Below, piece after piece: positions 1-8,210 of a DNA stretch of 24,000 nt. The first letter of the stretch is position 1, and each line of letters opens with the position of its first letter. Source of the stretch: Pelosinus sp. UFO1 (lineage in GTDB: Bacteria > Bacillota > Negativicutes > DSM-13327); the NCBI RefSeq assembly GCF_000725345.1, contig NZ_CP008852.1:1183693-1207692 (forward strand). Direction: 5' to 3'. Below the pieces are notes generated by a model. That model made no database searches and was not told the DNA's origin. It worked only from the letters and a program-made list of their open reading frames with translations. The position numbers were made by a program, and so were the translations under genes.

Positions 1-19
1 CTAATCAAATAATTACGTG

Positions 20-775
20 TCAAGGAATAACTAAGTTAATGTTATAGTCGTTAAAGAATTTAATATATGTAGCATCAGGCTCTTTGTCGGTTACAAGAAC
101 TTGAATGCTTTTTAAATCGTAGTAGGTCATTAAGGAGACACGATCAAATTTGGTATTGTCAGCTAAGACAATGATTTGCTTACAATTCTCAGAGATATAT
201 CTTTTGATGTCATATTCAAAGGATGACGAATTTGTTAGACCTTTTTCAATTGAGAGCCCAGTTGTAGCAACAAAAGACTTTGAAATATTATATTGTTTTA
301 GAGAATTGACTGCTTCTATACCAATAAAAGAATTGGTTCTTCTTAAAAAAATTCCACCAGTACAAATTATATTTAGGTTGGAAAAGGGAAGTGAGCTAGT
401 GATTACATGTAAATTATTTGTGATTATAGTCAAATTCTTTCGTGCCGCTAAATGAGGTATCATGCACATTGTAGTGGTTCCAGAGTCGATGTAAATAATA
501 TCGCCATCCTCAACTAAATTGCTAGCTAAGCTCCCAATTTGTTGTTTTTCATCTTTGTTTTTTACTTCTCTTGACTCAAAAGGTTCTGTAGTTTTTGTGT
601 CATTTAAAATAACTCCACCATAGACTTTTTTTATGTAATTTTGTTTCTCCAGTTCGTTAATATCTCTTCTAATCGTGTTTTTTGAGATACTAAACAAGCT
701 GCAAAGCTCTTCAATGGATGCTCTGCCATTTTTGCGAAGATGATTTTGTAATGCACTTATTCGGTCTTCTTTCAA
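20..775 (-). CDS. DeoR/GlpR-family transcriptional regulator
   Basis: 251-aa ORF. The N-terminal winged HTH (...SIEELCSLFSISKNTIRRDINELE...) is typical of DeoR. The C-terminal sugar-phosphate-sensor region (...IYIDSGTTT..., ...LTNSSSFEYDIK...) is typical of DeoR_C. TTG start with GGGGTGA 7 nt upstream. Divergent from the transaldolase gene. Confidence 0.85.
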   Translation of the reverse strand: MKEDRISALQNHLRKNGRASIEELCSLFSISKNTIRRDINELEKQNYIKKVYGGVILNDTKTTEPFESREVKNKDEKQQIGSLASNLVEDGDIIYIDSGTTTMCMIPHLAARKNLTIITNNLHVITSSLPFSNLNIICTGGIFLRRTNSFIGIEAVNSLKQYNISKSFVATTGLSIEKGLTNSSSFEYDIKRYISENCKQIIVLADNTKFDRVSLMTYYDLKSIQVLVTDKEPDATYIKFFNDYNINLVIP

Positions 776-1131
776 CGAACATTCACCCCTGTTTTATCTT
801 AAAATTAGTATCTTTGCTTATTTCGCCTAAATAGTATATGGGAATAATTGGCAAATTAATTATATCATGATAAGTATGAGTTTCAACCACAATCGTTCCA
901 AATTGGATCATCAAAAAAGCAGTTCTATTTACAGACAAACTATAATATCATCATAAGAGAGTGATAATATAACAAAGACAATCAATTAATATCACAATAA
1001 TATGCTCAATCCGTATGCTCTTATACAATTAAGCCGTTGTTAAAGTAACCAAATAGGAAGTTCATCAGGAGGTTAATTGTTACTATTAAAAAGTCGTATC
1101 AAAAAAATAGTGAAAAGGATGGGACGGTAAC

Positions 1132-2211
1132 ATGTGTAAACAACAGTATAAAAGCCCCTTGCAGCAAATGGCAAGAACGACATTGACTGATTTTTGGAAT
1201 GACTCCTGCTCAATATCCGAACTCCAATATGCCCTGGAATATGGGGCTGTAGGTGCTACAACCAATCCTGTCATTGTAAAAGAGGTTCTTAAAAATGAGA
1301 TAGATTCCTATAAGGATAGAATTATTGAACTGATACATGAGTTCCCAACGGCATCAGAAGATGATATTGTATGGAAATTAAACGAAGAAATGGCTGTTGC
1401 TGGTGCGAAGTTATTATTTCCAATATATGAAAGAACGAAGGGGCAAAAAGGCAGGATATCGATTCAAACGAATACTAAATACTATCGAAATACTGACCTT
1501 ATGCTTGAGCAGGCCTTACATTTTAATAATTTAGCACCGAATATACAAGTTAAAATGCCGACTACGAAAGCAAGTATCAAGGCTTATGAAGAAGCTACCT
1601 ATCATGGCGTCAGTATTAATGGAACAGTTAGCTTTACTGTAGCGCAAGCAATTGCAGTAGCGGAAGCGGTTGAAAGAGGGTTAAAGAGACGGGAAGAAGA
1701 GGGCCAAGATACCTATATGATGCATCCAATATGCACAATCATGGTAGGTAGAGTAGATGATTGGCTAAAAACTGTAGTTGAGCGAGATGGAATTATTCTG
1801 GACCCAGGATGTTTAGAGTGGGCTGGTGTTGCTGTAATGAAAAATGCCTACAAAATATTCAAAGAGAAAGGTTATAGAACCCAATTACTAGCTGCGGCAT
1901 ACCGGAACCACCACCAATGGTCAGAATTTATTGGCGGAGATATGTCTCTAACGATACCTGCTAAATGGATCAAGCGTTTTAATGCTTCCGATATTTCAGT
2001 AATAAATCGTATTAATGAGCCTGTTAATCCTATAGTCATTGAGCAATTATCAAAATACATTCCTGATTTCAACAGAGCTTACCAGCCAAATGGAATGAGT
2101 ATTGATGAGTTTGATAACTACGGTGCTGTAAGTAAAACATTACTACAGTTCCTCGGAGGATATGATGAGTTAGTTACTATGATTCGCGGAATAATGATTA
2201 CTCCAAAGTAG
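1132..2211 (+). CDS. tal: Transaldolase-family protein (long form)
   Basis: 359-aa ORF. It has the ...GATTNPVIV... motif and a Schiff-base lysine context (...NIQVKMPTTKASI...) characteristic of class I transaldolase/FSA aldolases. The start is uncertain: ATG 1132 has only a weak AAGGA 12 nt upstream, and Met13 at 1168 has no SD. Confidence 0.8.
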   Translation: MCKQQYKSPLQQMARTTLTDFWNDSCSISELQYALEYGAVGATTNPVIVKEVLKNEIDSYKDRIIELIHEFPTASEDDIVWKLNEEMAVAGAKLLFPIYERTKGQKGRISIQTNTKYYRNTDLMLEQALHFNNLAPNIQVKMPTTKASIKAYEEATYHGVSINGTVSFTVAQAIAVAEAVERGLKRREEEGQDTYMMHPICTIMVGRVDDWLKTVVERDGIILDPGCLEWAGVAVMKNAYKIFKEKGYRTQLLAAAYRNHHQWSEFIGGDMSLTIPAKWIKRFNASDISVINRINEPVNPIVIEQLSKYIPDFNRAYQPNGMSIDEFDNYGAVSKTLLQFLGGYDELVTMIRGIMITPK

Positions 2212-2219
2212 ACGCGTAA

Positions 2220-2471
2220 ATTCAGCATACCTTGGGATATGAATTTAATGCAATTGCAGCGTGTATCATTGGCGGTGCAAGTTTTATGGGAGGTGAGGGG
2301 ACCGTTTGGGGAACATTAATTGGAGCCATGATTATGGCAGTTTTACGTAATGGGTTAAACCTCCTAAGTGTTTCTTCTGAAATGCAGACCGTAGCCATCG
2401 GCATTGTTATTATTTTAGCAGTATATGTAGATGTTTTAAGGCATAAGGCAGCTGCAAGGGTTAAAGTATAA
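2220..2471 (+). pseudogene. 3' remnant of a ribose/monosaccharide-type ABC transporter permease (RbsC/AraH family); roughly the last 80 codons only
   Basis: The translation ...GYEFNAIAACIIGGASFMGGEGTVWGTLIGAMIMAVLRNGLNLLSVSSEMQTVAIGIVIILAVYVD... matches the conserved C-terminal EAA-loop/TM segment of RbsC-like permeases, which are normally about 320 aa. The frame is closed by TAA at 2217-2219, 8 nt after the transaldolase stop. The other two + frames also hit stops just upstream. No ATPase gene is present. Confidence 0.8.
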
Positions 2472-2584
2472 GAATGAGAGGGAGTTTTAGTCAATTATTA
2501 TCATCAGGAGGTGAAATGGAACAAAAGAATTGCCCAAACCTAGTAATACTTCATAAGTATTAAATTGAAAAAGGGGAATTAAGA

Positions 2585-3550
2585 ATGAAAAAAAAGTATA
2601 CGTTACTAGTAGCAATGTCCTTACTGTTTTCTTTGGTGGCTGCTGGCTGCGGTAGTTCTCAAACGCAAGCCCCAAAAACAAGCGAAAAAATGAAAGTTGG
2701 CGTAGTTGTTAAAGCGCTAAATAGCGATTATTGGAAAATAGTAGAATCCGGAGCGAAAGCAGCTGGGGATAAATATGGTGTTGAAGTAAAAGTTCTTGGC
2801 CCTAATGCAGAGACTGATGTAACGGGTCAGATCTCGTTGATTGAAGATCAAGTTACTAGAAAAGTAAGTGCATTGGTGGTAGCGCCTTCCCAATCAGCAA
2901 GTGCTATTCCAGTTTTTGAACGAGCAAAGACTGCTAAAATTCCGGTAATTCTTGCAGATACAGATGCTTCTTGGAATGATAAGGTTTCCTTTGTTGGAAC
3001 GGGAAATTTGAATGGTGGTAAAATTGCTGGCGAATACTTTGGGAAAAAACTTCCTAAGGGTTCAAAAGTCGTTATCTTGCGTGGTGCTTTAGGTGATCCT
3101 ACTCATGATGAACGAGTAAACGGCTGCATTGAAGGGTTAAAAGCTGCAGGTCTAGAAGTGGCAGTAATACAGCCTGCCAATAGTGAACGTTCTATGGCAG
3201 TAACTGTAATTGAGAATATTTTGCAGAGCAAACAAGAATTTGCTGGTGTTTTCGCAACGAATGATGATATGGCACTTGGTGCAGCGAAAGCGTTGGAAGA
3301 TGGCGGTAAGAAAATGGTTGTGGTTGGTTTTGATGGTTCTCCAGATGCCTTGGCTTCGATTAGTGCAGGCAAACTTAATGCATCTGTGGCACAAAGCCCT
3401 TATAACATCGGTTTTAAAGGTGTAGAAGCAGCAGTTAAAGCCGCTAAAGGTGAAGCTGTTGAAAAACGAATTGACACTGGAACTGAAATCATTGATGCAG
3501 ATAATGTTAAACAAAAGAGCGAAGAATTGAAAAAGATCCTAGGAAAATAA
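2585..3550 (+). CDS. Sugar ABC transporter substrate-binding lipoprotein (RbsB-like, periplasmic-binding-protein type I)
   Basis: 321 aa. Signal peptide with lipobox LVAAGC. PBP-I motifs (...VGVVVKALNSDYW..., ...FATNDDMALGAAKAL..., ...VVGFDGSPDAL...). SD GGGGAA upstream of the ATG. Confidence 0.85.
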   Translation: MKKKYTLLVAMSLLFSLVAAGCGSSQTQAPKTSEKMKVGVVVKALNSDYWKIVESGAKAAGDKYGVEVKVLGPNAETDVTGQISLIEDQVTRKVSALVVAPSQSASAIPVFERAKTAKIPVILADTDASWNDKVSFVGTGNLNGGKIAGEYFGKKLPKGSKVVILRGALGDPTHDERVNGCIEGLKAAGLEVAVIQPANSERSMAVTVIENILQSKQEFAGVFATNDDMALGAAKALEDGGKKMVVVGFDGSPDALASISAGKLNASVAQSPYNIGFKGVEAAVKAAKGEAVEKRIDTGTEIIDADNVKQKSEELKKILGK

Positions 3551-3560
3551 AGTACCAAAA

Positions 3561-3608
3561 GACCTCTTATTAGTAGTGATTTATTTCTACAATAGGAGGC
3601 CTTTTTCT
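3561..3608 (+). terminator. Rho-independent terminator downstream of the binding-protein gene
   Basis: GACCTCTTATT (3561-3571) pairs with AATAGGAGGCC (3591-3601), with one mismatch and one G-U. A TTTTTCTT run follows. Confidence 0.6.
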
Positions 3609-3733
3609 TATCAGGTTGGCTGCGAAAAACTCATTAGCACTGTTTAGTTGGGCGTTTGGGAAACAAAATTTCTTACTTAAAAAGGAATGAATGCAGTAAG
3701 AAAGATGTAGGAGAACAATTTCTAGTGGAATGA

Positions 3734-3771
3734 ATTTTGCAATCTTGCCAATAAATTAAAACTTGCAAAAT
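3734..3771 (+). promoter_or_regulatory. Inverted repeat ATTTTGCAA-N20-TTGCAAAAT; candidate activator/operator site upstream of the dipeptidase-PTS operon
   Basis: Exact 9-nt inverted repeat (3734-3742 and 3763-3771). A third TTGCCA half-site-like motif lies between the arms. It sits immediately upstream of the candidate extended -10. Confidence 0.3.
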
Positions 3772-3773
3772 AA

Positions 3774-3782
3774 TGGTATTAT
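3774..3782 (+). promoter_or_regulatory. Candidate extended -10 promoter element (TGgTATTAT) for the dipeptidase-PTS operon
   Basis: TG-N-TATTAT at 3774-3782. There is no good -35 (AATTAA at 17-nt spacing), which fits an activator-dependent promoter. Assigned by eye only. Confidence 0.3.
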
Positions 3783-3860
3783 TTACAAGGGATTTGCGCA
3801 TAGGAGCAAGAAATTCATATTTAACCTATGAGGATTAGTTTAGTGTCGGTTAAAGGGTAT

Positions 3861-3891
3861 TGAGGAGGAAATTAGCCCTCCTTATTTTTTT
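3861..3891 (+). terminator. Intrinsic-terminator-like hairpin inside the leader, about 40 nt upstream of the dipeptidase start (attenuator or end of a short transcript)
   Basis: TGAGGAGG (3861-3868) pairs with CCTCCTTA (3877-3884): 8 bp including one G-U, with an 8-nt loop. Seven consecutive T follow (3885-3891). Confidence 0.5.
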
Positions 3892-3931
3892 ATTACGTCA
3901 GGTAGATGGGTTGAGTAAAGGAGAGAATAAC

Positions 3932-5308
3932 ATGATAAATTTTGCAATCGAGGCTGAGAAATATAGAAAGGAATTTCTTATGCTTCTGGATCAATGGATC
4001 AGCATTCCTTCTATATATAATAATGAAACCGTCTCAGCAATGATGCCTTTTGGAGCAGACATAGCACAGGCTTTAGAATGGTTTAAAAATAAAGGGGAGG
4101 AAGAAGGTTTTACTACAAAATTAGTAGATGGGTACGCCGCACATATAGAATACGGCAAAGGCGAGGAATATGTATATGTCTTTGGCCACTGTGATGTGGT
4201 ACCAGCAGGCCAGGGGTGGAACGGTGATCCCTTCAAACTTTTAAAATCAGGGGACATGCTTGTAGGTCGAGGTGTAATAGATGATAAAGGACCTTTGCTT
4301 GCTACATTCCTTGCTTTAAAACTTATACGGGACAAGGCACTGCCTTTGAAAAGAAAAATCAGAATTGTTGCCGGTGGAAATGAAGAAAATGGTTTTAAGT
4401 GTATAAGGTATTATTTTCAAAGGGAGCCCAAGCCAACATATGGTTTTACGCCAGATGCTAAATTTCCGGTAATAAACGGTGAAAAAGGCGGAATGGTACT
4501 CCAGATTAGTGGTAAGGTTGAAAACAATACCATGCTCATACTGGGGGGAGAGGTACACAATACAATACCGACCTATGTTACTGTTAGGAATTGTATTATT
4601 CACAAGGAGAAGATAGGAGATTATCTAAAAGAGAATCAACTAACATTGGAATATTCCAAGGAAAAAAATAAAGTTAAAGGTTTTACACTCTTTGGCCTTG
4701 GCGGGCATTCCTCTAAACCGGAAAAAGCAAATAATCCAATTGAAAAAGTGCTTCAGCTCCTGAATATGGAATTGCAAGAGAAATGGCTGGAAGACTTGAC
4801 GTTTCTGTTTGCAGGTGACAATAGGGATGGAAGGATATTTGGATTGGGTGAAAAAGGGAGATGCGGTACTCTTACAATGGTCCCAACTATACTCCGATTA
4901 GAAGGTGGTAGGTTAGAATTAACTTTAAGTGTCAGGTATCCAGAAAATTTAGATGTGGAAGAAATACTAGAAAAAATTGCTGCTTTTCTAAAATATAAAG
5001 GTATAGAGGGCTATGAGTTAAAGGTCAGTAGTAATAAAAAACCTCATTATATAGAGATGGATTCTTTACTGGTTAGGAAACTTTACCAGGTTTATGTGAA
5101 ACATACGGGGGATAGAGAAAATCCAGTTCGAGTTACTAGTGCGGGGACTTATGCAGCAGAGATGGAGAATGCAGTAGTATTTGGTGGAGAATTTCCAGAT
5201 GGTTCAGCAGGCAATGCGCACATGGTAGGAGAGTATGGAAGCGAGGACGCTTTTATAAAATCAATCGGTATTTATGCTGAGGCTTTATGGGAACTTGCTA
5301 ATCTATAA
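3932..5308 (+). CDS. pepV: M20-family dipeptidase (PepV/Sapep-like)
   Basis: M20 metal and catalytic motifs are present: ...FGHCDVVPAG..., ...GRGVIDDKGP..., ...GGNEENG..., ...TPDAKFPVINGEKG..., and a C-terminal ...GNAHMVGEY.... The track ORF starts at TTG 3860, but that extension spans the terminator hairpin. ATG 3932 has AAAGGAGAG 7 nt upstream. Confidence 0.85.
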   Translation: MINFAIEAEKYRKEFLMLLDQWISIPSIYNNETVSAMMPFGADIAQALEWFKNKGEEEGFTTKLVDGYAAHIEYGKGEEYVYVFGHCDVVPAGQGWNGDPFKLLKSGDMLVGRGVIDDKGPLLATFLALKLIRDKALPLKRKIRIVAGGNEENGFKCIRYYFQREPKPTYGFTPDAKFPVINGEKGGMVLQISGKVENNTMLILGGEVHNTIPTYVTVRNCIIHKEKIGDYLKENQLTLEYSKEKNKVKGFTLFGLGGHSSKPEKANNPIEKVLQLLNMELQEKWLEDLTFLFAGDNRDGRIFGLGEKGRCGTLTMVPTILRLEGGRLELTLSVRYPENLDVEEILEKIAAFLKYKGIEGYELKVSSNKKPHYIEMDSLLVRKLYQVYVKHTGDRENPVRVTSAGTYAAEMENAVVFGGEFPDGSAGNAHMVGEYGSEDAFIKSIGIYAEALWELANL

Positions 5309-5396
5309 AAAATGCGTGGCACTTGTGAAGGCATTCCGTATAGATACATGAATGGTAGAAAGGTTTACAATGTAGTTGTAGGATGGTGATAAAGGA

Positions 5397-7298
5397 ATGA
5401 TAAGTAAGAAACATTCCATGATTATTAAGTACCTTACTGATAAAGAAGAATATGTAACTGCGGAAGAATTAAGTCAGCAACTCGAGATATCTGTGAGAAC
5501 AGTCAAGAGATACATCCAAGATTTAAATTACTTTTTTTATGATTATGGTGCTGAAATTTTCTCTACAAGAGGGATAGGATATAAGATAAAGGGACCAGCT
5601 AAGGAGATTCGGAGGATTAGCGAAAAGGCTATAAAGTACATAGAAGGTTTTCAAATAGACGATTCCACGGAAGGTAGAATTACAAAAATTATATGTACCT
5701 TTCTTAACAAGGGGCATGCAAATGCGGAAGAGTTAAGTGATACATTAAATTTGAGTATCGCTAGTACAAATAAGCTGATTGCTAATGTACAAAGTATCTT
5801 GAAAGAGTATGACTTAAGTATTATATCGAAGCCCTTTCATGGCAGCAAAATAGTGGGTGACGAAACGAAAATAAGAGGGCTGATTCTCAATTACGCCATA
5901 AAAAGCGATGAAAATAATTCGTTGGAAGTGAGATTAGATACTGTTTCAAAGCAAGAAATTAAAGAAATTGAAAAAATCGTTACGGAAGCTTTGCATGCGG
6001 GCAATATTATTCTGGCCGATAAAGACTTTAGTATATTATTAACAAGAATACTTATTTCCGTAGCAAGGGTACGAAAAAACTGTTTTATTGAGAAGAATAC
6101 TTTTCAAGAGAGCTATCGGCTTCATAATTATGATTATATTAAATTCATTATGAATGAAATAGGGAAAAAGTTTGATTTAACTATGGATGAGAATGAGGTG
6201 ATTTATGTCTCATTAAGCAGTGGCATAATAATATATGACTATAATACAAGAATGAAACTTACAGTAGATTCAAAAGACGTGGTAAACAAGTTTGTCGAGG
6301 AAGTCCTTGCAGAGATTAGGTTAGTTACAGATCTTGATTTGACGGAAGATTCTGATTTTGTAAATGCATTAGTTATGCATTTAAAGATTTTTATAAATCG
6401 ATTCAAAGCTGGAATTAGTGCTAAAAATCCTTTACTTAAGCAAATAAAATCAAAATTTCCTATAGAAACGAATCTAGCTACCATTATGGCAAAAAAACTT
6501 AAAGAAGAATTTAATGTCATATTAGATGAGGACGAGATCGGATTTATAACCATGCATTTTGGTGCAGCCTTTGAAAGAAGGAGGAGTTCAAGTGGCAAGA
6601 AGGTGTGTATCATTTGTCACTATGGTATTGGGACTTCACAGCTGCTAGCAGAAAAACTAAAGCAAAGAATTAGCAATATTAACATCGTTGGGACCTATCC
6701 TGTAAGATACATAGATATTGCCTTAAAGGCAGATATTGATTTCATCGTTTCCACTGTGAAATTAGATAAAAAAGATTTTAAAGTGCCGGTTCTGTATATA
6801 GAAAACGTATTTTCGGACGAAATCGTAAATGAGTTACACCAAGTTTTTCAAGAAAAGGAAGAAAGAAAAAAAATATTCCAAGCAACTTTTAACAAAAATG
6901 CTTTTTTTAGGGTCAAAGCTGAGACACCAGAAGAGGCGATAAAAAACATTGGTCAAGCAATGAAAGAGTACGGATTTATTGATGAGAGTGTAACCGAAAT
7001 GGTACTAGAGCGAGAGAAGATGTCATCTACTGAGATTGGTAATTTGGTAGCAATTCCTCACACGATTTTGGAAGGATCCTACAAATCTGTTATTGGTGTA
7101 GGGGTGTTGGAAAAGCCAATCATATGGAACAAAGAAGAAGTACAATTGGTTTTTATGGTTTGTTTTAACAAAAAGGAGAGTTATAACTTTCCAATGTTTA
7201 AATACCTGTATCGGTTTATTCAGGACGAGGGTGAAGTAAGAAGGGTTATAAAAATCTTTAACTTTGATAAGTTGATGGAAGTATTAGATGTTAAGTAG
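5397..7298 (+). CDS. PRD-domain transcriptional regulator of the MtlR/LicR (BglG-family) type, with C-terminal EIIB-like and EIIA-like domains
   Basis: 633 aa. N-terminal HTH (...TAEELSQQLEISVRTVKRYIQDLN...). Two PRD-like segments with conserved His (...ALVMHLKIFINR..., ...GFITMHFGAAFER...). EIIB(Gat)-like Cys segment (...KKVCIICHYGIGTSQLLAEKLK...). EIIA(Mtl/Fru)-like segment with His (...GNLVAIPHT...). Confidence 0.85.
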   Translation: MISKKHSMIIKYLTDKEEYVTAEELSQQLEISVRTVKRYIQDLNYFFYDYGAEIFSTRGIGYKIKGPAKEIRRISEKAIKYIEGFQIDDSTEGRITKIICTFLNKGHANAEELSDTLNLSIASTNKLIANVQSILKEYDLSIISKPFHGSKIVGDETKIRGLILNYAIKSDENNSLEVRLDTVSKQEIKEIEKIVTEALHAGNIILADKDFSILLTRILISVARVRKNCFIEKNTFQESYRLHNYDYIKFIMNEIGKKFDLTMDENEVIYVSLSSGIIIYDYNTRMKLTVDSKDVVNKFVEEVLAEIRLVTDLDLTEDSDFVNALVMHLKIFINRFKAGISAKNPLLKQIKSKFPIETNLATIMAKKLKEEFNVILDEDEIGFITMHFGAAFERRRSSSGKKVCIICHYGIGTSQLLAEKLKQRISNINIVGTYPVRYIDIALKADIDFIVSTVKLDKKDFKVPVLYIENVFSDEIVNELHQVFQEKEERKKIFQATFNKNAFFRVKAETPEEAIKNIGQAMKEYGFIDESVTEMVLEREKMSSTEIGNLVAIPHTILEGSYKSVIGVGVLEKPIIWNKEEVQLVFMVCFNKKESYNFPMFKYLYRFIQDEGEVRRVIKIFNFDKLMEVLDVK

Positions 7299-7312
7299 AG
7301 GAGCCGTTGTAG

Positions 7313-7768
7313 ATGAGCGAGGTATTTACAAAAAATCATATTAAAATAAATTTAGATTTAAAGGATAAAGATGCATATTTAAGGTATATTGCTAAACTTT
7401 CTATAGAGTTAGGTATTGGAAAAGAGGAGCAGGGTGTTTATGAAGGTTTAGTAAGTCGAGAAAAAGAATTTGCTACAAATTTGGGTGATGGAATCGCGAT
7501 CCCGCATACAAAATCTGACTATATTATAAAACCTGCAATACTTATACTAAAACCACAGAAAGAAGTTTCTTGGGGAAATGTTGCTGAAGAAGATGTAAGA
7601 ATTATAATCAGTATTTTAAGTTTTAATGAACAGGGAGGGAATACTCATCTAGAGCTTCTTGCAAGTCTTGCAAGGAAACTCGTAGATGAAAAGTTTAAAA
7701 ATGCATTGGTGAACTCCGTTGATGAGGAAGAGATATTCTTTCTGATAGAACAGGCTTTACATAGCTAA
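7313..7768 (+). CDS. PTS EIIA component, fructose/mannitol family (PTS_EIIA_2)
   Basis: 151 aa. Phosphorylatable His motif ...GDGIAIPHTKSD.... SD GAGGAG 9 nt upstream. Confidence 0.85.
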   Translation: MSEVFTKNHIKINLDLKDKDAYLRYIAKLSIELGIGKEEQGVYEGLVSREKEFATNLGDGIAIPHTKSDYIIKPAILILKPQKEVSWGNVAEEDVRIIISILSFNEQGGNTHLELLASLARKLVDEKFKNALVNSVDEEEIFFLIEQALHS

Positions 7769-7794
7769 TTTATAAAAACAAAGGAGAGAGGAAA

Positions 7795-8112
7795 ATGACA
7801 AAAAAATTAATTGCTTTATGTGCATGCCCAATGGGGTTAGCACACACTTTTATGGCGGCGGAGGCAATACGAAAAGCGGCTGTAGAAATGGGGTATGATG
7901 TAAAGGTTGAAACACAGGGGGCTGATGGAATAAAAAATGAATTATCGACTCTTGATATTCGTGAGGCTGAAATCATTATTCACGCTGTTGCGGTAACACC
8001 CCTTGGCATGGAAAGATTCGAAGGTTGTGAAGTGTATGAAGTCGGTCTGCAAGAGGTTATAAAAAAACCAATGGATATAATCAAGGAGATTGAAGAAGAC
8101 TTAGCGCAATAA
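7795..8112 (+). CDS. PTS EIIB component, fructose family
   Basis: 105 aa. Active-site Cys motif ...LCACPMGLAHTFMAAEAI..., matching the FruA IIB signature (ACPTGIAHTFMAAE). SD AAGGAGAGAGG upstream. Confidence 0.9.
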   Translation: MTKKLIALCACPMGLAHTFMAAEAIRKAAVEMGYDVKVETQGADGIKNELSTLDIREAEIIIHAVAVTPLGMERFEGCEVYEVGLQEVIKKPMDIIKEIEEDLAQ

Positions 8113-8210
8113 AATCACTTCTAAATCTTCGGGAAAGGAGTAAAAAGCAAAGAAAAAAAATAAATGGTAATCAGGTAAGAATCCACAAAAATATTTGTAG
8201 GAGGTATACC

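Noticed and set aside
930-1000. Repeated ATAATATCA / TGATAATAT / TAATATCAC motifs in the deoR-tal intergenic region, as possible DeoR operators.
   Set aside because: They are imperfect, and the region is extremely AT-rich, so such short repeats are expected by chance. No spacing pattern could be established without comparative data.
2516-2563. 15-codon sORF (MEQKNCPNLVILHKY) preceded by AGGAGGTG between the permease remnant and the binding-protein gene.
   Set aside because: The SD-to-ATG spacing is only 4 nt, the ORF is very short, and there is no recognisable function. The SD-like motif may be a relic of the rearranged locus. It cannot be supported from sequence alone.
3285-3300. cre-like (CcpA) motif cGAAAGCGTTGGAA inside the binding-protein gene.
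   Set aside because: It mismatches both conserved ends of the cre consensus (TGWAANCGNTNWCA) and lies deep inside a coding region. A chance occurrence is likely.
3789-3816. Sequence GGGATTTGCGCATAGGAGCAAGAAATTC, superficially resembling a RAT (ribonucleic antiterminator) target of BglG/LicT-type proteins.
   Set aside because: The match to the RAT consensus (GGATTGTTACTGC...GCAGGCAAAACC) is poor. It does not overlap the terminator 5' arm, which starts 45 nt downstream, as functional RATs do. The adjacent regulator has an HTH rather than a CAT RNA-binding domain.
3860-3931. N-terminal extension of the dipeptidase ORF from TTG 3860 (MRRKLALLIFLLRQVDGLSKGENN...).
   Set aside because: The extension is encoded by the terminator hairpin and T-tract itself. 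M20 dipeptidase homology starts at the internal ATG 3932, which has a strong SD. Similar over-extensions were trimmed at 20557->20575, 21159->21168, 15103->15112 and 22235->22217.
5317-5333. Sigma-54-like element TGGCAC-N-...GCA upstream of the PRD regulator gene.
   Set aside because: The GG-to-GC spacing is 13 nt rather than the required 12, and the -12 element reads AAGGCA instead of TTGCA/T. The local regulator lacks a sigma-54-interacting AAA+ domain (it is MtlR/LicR-like, not LevR-like).
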